From the NCBI GenBank assembly GCA_963674965.2, contig CAXXFL010000005.1:765150-829149 (forward strand): a DNA stretch of 64,000 nucleotides, written 5' to 3'. The translations under genes and the position numbers were made by a program. Under the pieces are notes generated by a model that saw nothing but the letters and a program-made list of their open reading frames with translations, had not been told where the DNA came from and ran no database searches. This DNA is from a bacterium (GTDB lineage: Bacteria > RBG-13-61-14 > DATKZS01). Positions within the stretch are counted from its first letter, which is position 1. Each line of letters starts with the position of its first letter. Shown here piece after piece: positions 38,400 to 45,855 of this stretch.

Positions 38400-38867
38400 T
38401 TAGGACACTTCACGTTTTTGATGGCGTATAATTGCGCGAAAAAAATAGCCCTTAGCATCGCTGGCCGTAATGGAAGATAATGCCTCGCTAATTGCCACGA
38501 TTAATCGAGGATGCTTTCGAGCCTTGGCGGAACGTAAATGATTCTTCACGCTGCTCCACGTCTTTTCGATCGGATTGAAATCGGGACTGTACGGAGGCAG
38601 GAACACCAAGCGGGCGCCGAGGGCTTCGATAATCTCCCGACTTTGGGCGTCCAATGCACCGAGAGATTATCGGCGACCAACCACGTCGCCCGGTCGCAAA
38701 GTCGGGCCATGTTCCTGGTACTGCTTGAGCCAGCGTTGAAAGGCGCGCGTACTGACCCGAAAGATGGCGGCGACCTCCAATTGGGTGTAATCGCCGGTCT
38801 GATAGGCGGCAAGCGCCCGCTCGCGAATCTCTGAAGATGATATTCCCATGACGAATACCATAATCAA
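38400..38867 (-). pseudogene. IS630/Tc1-mariner-family transposase remnant, internally deleted and frameshifted
   Basis: The N-terminal HTH piece 'SSEIRERALAAYQTGDYTQLEVAAIFRVSTRAFQRWLKQYQEHG' is followed within ~60 bp by C-terminal DDE pieces in two other frames ('LVADNLSVH', 'LVFLPPYSPDFNPIEKTWSSVK'). Confidence 0.75.
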
Positions 38868-38932
38868 TACGACATGTCAATCGTTAAGTGCTCTAAAGCC
38901 TTCAACCATGGATGGGTCGGTCTCAGGGCAAG

Positions 38933-39039
38933 ACGGGTATGGCTTACTTCCAGGAATATGATAATATTGATTATCATAATATCCTACGGGTATGGCTTAC
39001 TTCCAGGAATATGATAATATTGATTATCATAATATCCTA
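38933..39039. repeat. Perfect tandem duplication, 2 x 53 bp (+1)
   Basis: The unit 'acgggtatggcttacttccaggaatatgataatattgattatcataatatcct' occurs at 38933-38985 and again at 38986-39038 with no mismatch. Confidence 0.95.
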
Positions 39040-39396
39040 TTGTATAATAAAAATAATAATAATCGAGCTTATACCAACCATATGTCATTTCGAACTTGAT
39101 ATCATCATAAGATGCCGCGAATAAAAGCGTATCGCCAGGAGGATAGTTATATGATATTTTGCCGTCAGGTCCACCGGAGATTATGTAAGTTGTTTTATTT
39201 CCTTCAAACTTAATCCCATCAATTTCAAATGATACTTCCTTCCCTACAAGAACAAGATGCTTGTGGCCCCAAACGTCTTTTCCGATAATGTCATGTATTT
39301 CTTCCTCCGTCATATCAAAATCAATGACAGAAGATGCTTCAATTAAATTGTCAACCTCCTTTTTAAGTTTCTCGCTACCCTCTGTGCCAACGTAGA
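38984..39396 (-). pseudogene. 3' part of a small AT-rich gene interrupted by the IS3 element and truncated by the 53-bp duplication
   Basis: The frame of track ORF 38984..39313 stays open upstream to the IS boundary (YVGTEGSEKLKKEVDNLIEASSVIDFDMTEEE...). The stop TAG is formed exactly at the duplication junction. Confidence 0.5.
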
Positions 39397-39446
39397 TGAG
39401 ACACTTCCCCTATGTTAAATTACTGTAGGGCGGGGGAGGTATTAGG

Positions 39447-39986
39447 ATGTATAGAGAGATGGATGAAGACAGGAAGAAGGCAGGGATTGTTGGGGAGACG
39501 GAGGGAGCCCGTAGGGCGACCGGAGTCTCCCCAACCGGGACGGCCGAGCCGGAGGACACTCCGGCCAAGCGGCCCGAGCGGGGAGGGGCGCCGATCATTC
39601 TTCCCGACCCGGAGGTCCCGGAAAAGCCCGCCCGGCGGCGCTTCACCGCGGCTTACAAGCTCGCAATCCTCGGGAAGGCCGACGCCTGCTCGGGGCATGG
39701 CGAGGTCGGCGCCCTGCTGCGCCGGGAGGGCCTTTATTCGTCGCACCTGACGGCCTGGCGCAAGCAGCGGGACGAGGGGGCCTTGAAAGCGCTTTCGCCC
39801 GTAAAGCGGGGCCGCAAGCCCAAGGCCAAAAACCCGCTGGCCGATGAAGTGGCCCGCCTCGAGCGCGAGAACCGGAAGCTCCAAAAGCGGCTCGAACAGG
39901 CCGAGATGATAATCGACTTCCAAAAAAAAGTTGCCGATCTGCTGGGGATACCCCTGGCCAAGCCGCCCGGCGAAGAGAGCGAATGA
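39447..39986 (+). CDS. IS3-family transposase OrfA (HTH + leucine zipper)
   Basis: 'RRRFTAAYKLAILGKADAC...GALLRREGLYSSHLTAWRKQ' and the coiled 'LARLERENRKLQKRLEQAEMIIDFQKK'. Confidence 0.85.
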   Translation: MYREMDEDRKKAGIVGETEGARRATGVSPTGTAEPEDTPAKRPERGGAPIILPDPEVPEKPARRRFTAAYKLAILGKADACSGHGEVGALLRREGLYSSHLTAWRKQRDEGALKALSPVKRGRKPKAKNPLADEVARLERENRKLQKRLEQAEMIIDFQKKVADLLGIPLAKPPGEESE

Positions 39987-40999
39987 TGGAATCGGCAAGC
40001 ACGGCCGCTCCCCGGGTCGGCGTCAAGGCCGCCTGCGAGGCCCTGGGCCTGTCGCGGGCAACGTTTGACCGCCGCGCTAAAATTCCCTTCGGGCCTCCGC
40101 CGCCGAGGCGCGCGGCCAAGCCGGCAAGGTCGTTGAGCGAGGACGAGCGGCGCCGGGTGCTGGACGGACTCCACTCCGAGCGCTTTGCCGACAAGGCCCC
40201 CCGCGAGGTCTGGGCAACGCTCCTGGACGAGGGGACATGGCTGTGCTCGGTCCGCACCATGTACCGCGTCCTCGACTCGGAAAAGGAAGTCAGGGAGCGG
40301 CGCAACCAGCTTCGGCATCCCCGATACAAAAAACCCGAGTTGCTGGCCGAGGCCCCCAACCAGGTCTGGTCCTGGGACGTCACCAAGCTCAAGGGACCGG
40401 CCAAATGGACCTGCTACCAGCTCTACGTGATCATGGATATCTTCAGCCGCTGCGTGGTGGGCTGGATGATCGCCCGCCGCGAGAGCGCCGAGCTGGCCCG
40501 CCGCCTGATCGGGGACAGCATCCGAAAACAGGAGATCGAGCCGGGACAACTCACAATCCACGCCGACCGGGGGAGTTCGATGAAATCAAAGCCGGTGGCC
40601 TTCTTGATGGCCGACCTGGGCGTGACCAAGAGCCACTCGCGGCCCCACGTGTCCGACGACAACCCCTACTCGGAAAGCCAGTTCAAGACCATGAAGTACC
40701 GGCCCGAGTTCCCGAGCCGGTTCGGCTCCATCGAGGACGCCAGGGCCTTTTGCGTGAAGTTTTTCGATTGGTACAACCGCGAGCATCGGCACACCGGGAT
40801 CGGCCTGATGACGCCCGAGATGGTCCATTACGGAATGGCGAGCGAGATCGTGGCCGCCCGGCAAAAAACGCTCGACCACGCCTATGAAAAAAACCCGGAG
40901 CGCTTCGTGAAAAGACCGCCGACGGCGCCGGAGTTGCCCGGCAAAGCGTGGATCAACCCACCGGAGAAACCGGAGGAAACAAACAGTTTGCCACACTAA
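39983..40999 (+). CDS. IS3-family transposase OrfB (rve/DDE integrase core)
   Basis: 'WSWDVTKL', 'IHADRGSSMKS', 'SRPHVSDDNPYSESQFKTMKY', 'YNREHRHTGIG'. ATGA overlap with orfA. Confidence 0.9.
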   Translation: MMESASTAAPRVGVKAACEALGLSRATFDRRAKIPFGPPPPRRAAKPARSLSEDERRRVLDGLHSERFADKAPREVWATLLDEGTWLCSVRTMYRVLDSEKEVRERRNQLRHPRYKKPELLAEAPNQVWSWDVTKLKGPAKWTCYQLYVIMDIFSRCVVGWMIARRESAELARRLIGDSIRKQEIEPGQLTIHADRGSSMKSKPVAFLMADLGVTKSHSRPHVSDDNPYSESQFKTMKYRPEFPSRFGSIEDARAFCVKFFDWYNREHRHTGIGLMTPEMVHYGMASEIVAARQKTLDHAYEKNPERFVKRPPTAPELPGKAWINPPEKPEETNSLPH

Positions 41000-41020
41000 A
41001 TTCAGGAAAGGCGTGTCTCA

Positions 41021-41143
41021 TTTTGCTTGACACATTCCGCTATTTGAAAATAAGGTATCAGAGTTTTTCGTCTTATATGGATGAAATGAAATAACGAGAA
41101 ACGGCAATAATATAAATGTAACTGTAAACATTTTTCGAGACAT
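41021..41143 (-). pseudogene. 5' fragment (41 codons, signal-peptide-like) of the gene interrupted by the IS3 element
   Basis: GAAGGAG RBS 7 nt before the ATG at 41143. It encodes MSRKMFTVTFILLPFLVISFHPYKT...MCQAK and then runs into the TGA supplied by the IS end. Confidence 0.4.
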
Positions 41144-41175
41144 CTCATTACTCCTTCTCGAGGTATGGCAAATTT

Positions 41176-41330
41176 GGGGACGGCATCAATATCTCGCCTC
41201 TTTTCCTTTATCTGGGGGCAGTGTACTTAATTGCTGAAAATCATCTGGGTTCTCTGATAGTGAATATTGATGAAATATTCATAAACACTTGTCCGCCCTG
41301 CAATAAAGGCGAGATATGGATGCTGTCGCC
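41176..41330. repeat. Pair of ~23-bp inverted repeats about 110 bp apart (MITE-like or regulatory)
   Basis: 'ggggacggcatcaatatctcgcc' (41176-41198) against the reverse complement of 'ggcgagatatggatgctgtcgcc' (41308-41330): about 20/23 matches by eye. A local hairpin gagatatgg/ccatatctc lies at 41311-41337. Confidence 0.5.
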
Positions 41331-41418
41331 ATATCTCATAAGATTTCTTTATCTTTTCATCGGATTATTCCTGGCCTCCTTTTAAAATCAGAAACTCTAA
41401 GATTTTATCATGCAACTA

Positions 41419-42627
41419 TTACTCGGTCCCACCATGATTTTTGATGATTTGCGCAATTTCTTTATGGCCTTTTTCAAGCGCGGCCATATAAGGGGTTTTC
41501 CCATTACTGCACTTTGCATTTACGTCAGCCCCATTTTCGATTAGTAGTTCGACCATGCCTCTTTTGCCTTCCAAGGCCGCAATGTACAAAGGAGTCTCGC
41601 CTGATATAGTCCCCTTCGCATTGATTGTCGCGCCGTTTTGGATCAGGACCTTGGCGACTCTGACGTGATCAAATGCGCTGGCTATATGGAGAGGCGTCCA
41701 ATTATTTTCCTCCACAATGTCAACATTTACTCTTTTGGACAATAATAGCTCAGCTACTTCCACCGCATCCTTTCTTGCGGCCAAGTGTAAGGGACTTAAG
41801 TTTGCATTTTCTTCTGCGAGGTTAGGGTCCGCGCCCTTGGCAATCAGGTCCAAGGCCAAATCTGTCTGTCCCATTATAATTGACTTGTGCAGGGCCGTTT
41901 GTCCATCATTCGATTTGGCATCCAGGTCTATGCCTTTAGAGATAAGGATACGCGCAACATCCACTTTCTCCTGGGCGACCGCGAGTAATAGGGGAGTATA
42001 TCCGGCGTCGGTTCGAGCCCCCAAGTTTGCGCCTTTTTCGACCAGCAATTCTACGATCTTTTTTCGTCCCTGGAAGCTTGCTATGTGAAGGGCGGTCATG
42101 TCGTGTTCGGATTTAACATCAAGCTTGGCTCCTCTTTCCACTAGCAATCTCGCAACATCGTAATTGCCCATATTGGCGGCATGGTGCAGAGCCGTCATGC
42201 TTTGATTGTCCTGTACGTCGATCTCAGCTCCAGCGTTAAGTAACTGTTCGCAAGCCTCTCTCTGTCCTTTGTGTGCCGCCATCAACAGAGGCGTAAATCC
42301 AACCTTATCCGTGGCTTCAATATCCGCTCCATTAGCCAAGAGCAAGGTTATCATCTCATTATTTCCCAAGTGAGCGGCAAAGTGAAGAGGCGTATGATTT
42401 TTATATCTCTCTCTGGAGTTGACCTTTTTAGGCTTCTTTTCGAGTGTCTTCCTGACCTCGGATATATCACCATTTGCCACTGCCTGATGAATCTTTCCGC
42501 CCCATACAGTCTCAGGACATAAAAGAAAGAAAACCACCATAACTAGAAGTGGTTTTATAACCCCTTTTTGGCAACCGGAATTATGCGGCATCCCGCCTTC
42601 AATATAATTTTTACCTGATCGATCCAT
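41419..42627 (-). CDS. Exported ankyrin-repeat protein (about 10-11 repeats), AT-rich gene
   Basis: Hydrophobic N-terminus 'IKPLLVMVVFFLLCPETVWG', then tandem 'TPLH.AA..G....LL..GA' units. An alternative start at 42591 is possible. Confidence 0.85.
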   Translation of the reverse strand: MDRSGKNYIEGGMPHNSGCQKGVIKPLLVMVVFFLLCPETVWGGKIHQAVANGDISEVRKTLEKKPKKVNSRERYKNHTPLHFAAHLGNNEMITLLLANGADIEATDKVGFTPLLMAAHKGQREACEQLLNAGAEIDVQDNQSMTALHHAANMGNYDVARLLVERGAKLDVKSEHDMTALHIASFQGRKKIVELLVEKGANLGARTDAGYTPLLLAVAQEKVDVARILISKGIDLDAKSNDGQTALHKSIIMGQTDLALDLIAKGADPNLAEENANLSPLHLAARKDAVEVAELLLSKRVNVDIVEENNWTPLHIASAFDHVRVAKVLIQNGATINAKGTISGETPLYIAALEGKRGMVELLIENGADVNAKCSNGKTPYMAALEKGHKEIAQIIKNHGGTE

Positions 42628-42727
42628 TTTTCACCAGCCCTCACTAGAGTTTTATTGTCCATGATCTCATTTCTGTTTCTACTTTTGAGAGAAATCTTTG
42701 GCCTTGATGCCCATGAAACACTCTTTG

Positions 42728-42756
42728 AACATACCAATCCGTAAGCCCCAGGTCAA
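42728..42756 (-). promoter_or_regulatory. Putative sigma70-type promoter for the ankyrin gene
   Basis: On the minus strand: TTGACC, 17 nt, TATGTT, roughly 100 nt upstream of the ATG at 42627. Confidence 0.3.
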
Positions 42757-42972
42757 ACTTAATATTTGTCCTCGAAAAACGCCGCGCAGCTAACCATGAC
42801 CAAGCGCCGTCCGGTAGTGATGGGACAGCGGAAAGGCGGTTGCAGTTCCAGGGGCTGGGTGGCGCATCTGTGAGCAATCCGAAGGATTTTTTGCATGTCT
42901 GGAGAACCGTCCGGCCTATCCTTCCCGCGCCTTCGGCGCCCTAATAGGCAAGCTATCAGGGCCACCCGCGAT

Positions 42973-43001
42973 AAAAAAGGGGGCGTCGAGTGGACGTCCC
43001 C
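42973..43001 (-). terminator. Intrinsic terminator after the cytochrome/FeS/NrfD operon
   Basis: On the minus strand: GGGGACGTC cactc GACGCCCCC followed by TTTTTT, about 25 nt after the stop at 43026. Confidence 0.5.
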
Positions 43002-43025
43002 TTGGCGTTGCGTGCAACGGATAGA

Positions 43026-44885
43026 TTATTTCATGGCTGTGGTATTGGTTACCTTCGGCTCGTGGCAGAAGGCGCAGTTGCCGATGCAGTCGGCCTCGGC
43101 GTTGCATCCCATGGCGTCTCCGTTCATGCGGTGACAGGTCAGGCACAGGCCGTGCATGGCGTGCTTGTAACCGGGCGCCCACCTGGTGACGCCCTTGCCA
43201 TAGAGCTTCTCGGCCGTCATGGGATACTGGCCGTCCTTGTCGTGGCACTCTACGCATCCCTTGGCCGTTGCCTCGGACTTTTCCTTGTACGACTCGTGGC
43301 ACTTGTCGCAGGAGTCGTTATTTCCCATCCGCTCCTTGTGTTTGTCGTGGTCGAAGATATCCGTGTCTACCGCCATGTCGGCGTGGCAGAGGTGGCAGGA
43401 GGTCGCATGGTCGTCGGGTCTTTCGAGGTGATGGCATTTCACGCAGGAGTCCTCGCCGCCCATCAGCTCCTGGTGGACGTCGTGGGGAAAGTTCACGTAC
43501 TCCGCGGAAAGGTTGCCGTCGATCTTCAGCACGGCCCTGGTCTCGTCTACTCCCTTCGCCTTCTCGACCGGCTGGGGAGTGGGCTCGAACTTGCTCGTGC
43601 CCTTGCCCAGGAAGGCCAGATAGGCCAAGGGTATGGTGATGACCACGATGAGCGACACCTTGAGGCCGTCCTTGAACTTGATCATGGAGAAGGCTTCCCG
43701 CAGCGTGAACTGGGGGGCCATGTCGTGATGGACTCCCTCGGCCTCGGGCACGTGGCAGGCCTCGGGGGCCTCGAGGATATAGAACCTCTCGAGGAGGAAA
43801 AAGAACAACAGGGCCGCCGCCGCGGGAACGCCAAGACAAACGACCATCTCGGCCAGGGAGGGAACGTAAACCCTCTCGGCGAAGCGGAAGTATCCCACGA
43901 AGCCCACGTCGAGACGGTGCATGACCAGCCCGATAAAGGCGGGCACGCTGAAGGCGTACAGGCCGGGCACGGTCTTTCTCCATTTGCCGCTTAGTCCGAT
44001 GATGACCGGTATTATGGCCTGGAGTGTAATTTCGATGAGGAATAGTTTTCCTTCCCAGCCGGCGTCCGAGCCGAACACCCAGTTCCACTTGCCCTCGGCC
44101 GTAAGCACGATGAGGCGGATGGCCAGGAAGATGGCCAGCAGGACCGCGGAAATCCTCGCCACGCCGGAGAGGACCTCGAGGTCGGGCTTTCTTCTATACA
44201 GCCACGAGACTATGAGCATGATGAGCACGATGGTGGCCATGCCCGCTCCCATGGCGGAGATGAAGAACTCGATCGGTATCCAGAAGGTGTGCCACAGGGG
44301 GTGGAGCCTGGTATAGGACAGCATGAAAAGGGAGCCCAGCGAGCTGTGGTGCATGGTCGAGAGGGTCACGCCCAGGGCGATGATGGGCAGGGCCATCTCG
44401 TGCAGGAAGTGGGTCAGCCGGGGAAAGGGAAAGCGCTCGAGGATAACGGGCACCATCTCGTAGGCGGTGATCATCCAGTAAACGGACACGCACCAGAAGA
44501 CCTCGAAGAGGAAGGAGTGTGGGTTCCAGATGAGGAACGGGTGCCATCCGCGCCATGGGAGACCGATGTCGAAAACGAGAGCCGTAAGTGACGCCCCGTA
44601 TCCGAGGAAGCCGATGAGCACGGCTATTCTTCCGATGGACCTGTATTTATCGGCGTACCAGATGTTAATGATAAAAGCTACCACGAATCCGGAGGTGGCG
44701 AGAGCGGCGCCGGCGACCATGTTGAAAATCTTCCACATGCCCCATGGCAGTCCGTCGGACATGTAGGACGCGGCGCCGAGTCCGAAGGCGAACCTTCCGA
44801 CCACGGCCACCAGGGCGGCGAAGGACATGACCCAGAGTATTTCTTTTATCCGCTTGAGGGCGGTGGAGTCGGACTTAATCATCAC
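43026..44885 (-). CDS. NrfD/PsrC/HmcC-type quinone-interacting membrane subunit fused to a C-terminal hexahaem cytochrome c domain
   Basis: About 10 TM segments with NrfD-like composition, one further TM, then six CxxCH motifs (CVKCH, CHLCH, CDKCH, CVECH, CLTCH, CAFCH). Confidence 0.85.
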   Translation of the reverse strand: MMIKSDSTALKRIKEILWVMSFAALVAVVGRFAFGLGAASYMSDGLPWGMWKIFNMVAGAALATSGFVVAFIINIWYADKYRSIGRIAVLIGFLGYGASLTALVFDIGLPWRGWHPFLIWNPHSFLFEVFWCVSVYWMITAYEMVPVILERFPFPRLTHFLHEMALPIIALGVTLSTMHHSSLGSLFMLSYTRLHPLWHTFWIPIEFFISAMGAGMATIVLIMLIVSWLYRRKPDLEVLSGVARISAVLLAIFLAIRLIVLTAEGKWNWVFGSDAGWEGKLFLIEITLQAIIPVIIGLSGKWRKTVPGLYAFSVPAFIGLVMHRLDVGFVGYFRFAERVYVPSLAEMVVCLGVPAAAALLFFFLLERFYILEAPEACHVPEAEGVHHDMAPQFTLREAFSMIKFKDGLKVSLIVVITIPLAYLAFLGKGTSKFEPTPQPVEKAKGVDETRAVLKIDGNLSAEYVNFPHDVHQELMGGEDSCVKCHHLERPDDHATSCHLCHADMAVDTDIFDHDKHKERMGNNDSCDKCHESYKEKSEATAKGCVECHDKDGQYPMTAEKLYGKGVTRWAPGYKHAMHGLCLTCHRMNGDAMGCNAEADCIGNCAFCHEPKVTNTTAMK

Positions 44886-45808
44886 TCGCCCTCCTTCCCC
44901 GAGTCCGGGCCCGGCCCGTCGTCATGGCATACCTCGTCGATAAATGCGGTCTGGGCGCCCTCGGGTCCGGCGGCCCCATGTTCTCCGTCGCCTCCGCTCA
45001 TAAGGTGGGAGCGTCTTTTTAAAAACCACATGCTCATGATGCCGCTAAAGAAGATAATAAACTGGAAAGGCGTCCACCAAACCCACGGCTCCACCTGGTG
45101 CGGTATGGACTGGGTGGACAGTTTCCCGGCGGCCATTTTTTTAAGCTTGGCCGGATCGGGTATTTTAAGGGCGTCGCCGAGGGGCACGTCCGAGATGTAC
45201 ATTACGGATGTCCCGCCGAACTCGCTCTCTCCCCAGATATGGTCGATGTACTTGCCGGGGTCCTTCTTGATCCTGTCCCTGGCCTCCTTGATGAGGTCGT
45301 CGCGGTCTCCGAAGATGGTGGCGCCCGTCGGGCAGGCCGCCACGCAGGAGGGGCGGTTGTCCCGCTCGCTGGCCCGGCACTCCTCGTTCATCTTGCACTT
45401 GACCACGTAGGGCACGGGCTTGTCCCACTCGTAGCGGGGGACCATGAAGGGACACGCCAGCATGCAGTAGCGGCACCCGATGCACTTGTCGGCGTCGTAA
45501 ACGACCGGCCCGTCCTCGCGCTTGTCGAACGCTCCGACCAGGCAGGCGGCCTTGCAGGCGGGATCGATGCAATGCATGCACTGCCGGCGCACGTTCCTTA
45601 TTTCCCCGGCGCTTTTGCCGGCTATCTTGACGATCGAGGTGAGCCTCCTGCCGCTCAGTCCGTCCTTCGCCTTGTAATGGGCGGGGACGTCCCTGGGCAG
45701 CTTGTTAGCCTGAACGCACGCCTCGACGCATCTCTCACATCCAATGCACTTGGTCACGTCGGTGAGGATGCCCTTCATTTTTCCGTTGCCGGAATGGCCC
45801 GAGCTCAT
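44882..45808 (-). CDS. 4x[4Fe-4S] ferredoxin-type subunit (HmcB/NrfC/HybA-like) with a C-terminal TM anchor
   Basis: 'CIGCERCVEAC', 'CMHCIDPACKAAC', 'CIGCRYCMLACP', 'CVAACPTGA' cluster motifs. TM 'WWTPFQFIIFFSGIMSMWFL'. Confidence 0.85.
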   Translation of the reverse strand: MSSGHSGNGKMKGILTDVTKCIGCERCVEACVQANKLPRDVPAHYKAKDGLSGRRLTSIVKIAGKSAGEIRNVRRQCMHCIDPACKAACLVGAFDKREDGPVVYDADKCIGCRYCMLACPFMVPRYEWDKPVPYVVKCKMNEECRASERDNRPSCVAACPTGATIFGDRDDLIKEARDRIKKDPGKYIDHIWGESEFGGTSVMYISDVPLGDALKIPDPAKLKKMAAGKLSTQSIPHQVEPWVWWTPFQFIIFFSGIMSMWFLKRRSHLMSGGDGEHGAAGPEGAQTAFIDEVCHDDGPGPDSGKEGE

Positions 45809-45855
45809 TAAAAGCCCTCCTTATATCCACCGCTGAGGATCGTCTCGGCGGCCTT

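Larger units (their letters stand above)
39396..41021 (+). mobile_element. IS3-family insertion sequence (orfA + orfB, TG...CA ends)
   Basis: Terminal inverted repeat 'TGAGACAC' at 39397-39404 and 'GTGTCTCA' at 41013-41020, with weaker similarity further inward. The two transposase ORFs lie between them. No target-site duplication seen. Confidence 0.85.

Noticed and set aside
39390-41030. Target-site duplication flanking the IS3 element
   Set aside because: The flanks ('...acgtag(a)' and '(t)tttgct...') share no 3-5 bp direct repeat under any boundary choice I tried. I report this as absent rather than forcing one.
42787-42795. 'CAGCTAACC' string reminiscent of the ydaO riboswitch 3' element
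   Set aside because: The match is isolated, the other conserved ydaO elements are absent, and no downstream gene lies on that strand.
42990-44088. ORFs 42990..43994 (+, 334 aa) and 43318..44088 (-, 256 aa)
   Set aside because: They are the opposite strand and an alternate frame of the NrfD-hexahaem gene. Their Arg/Gly/Pro-rich composition is not protein-like.
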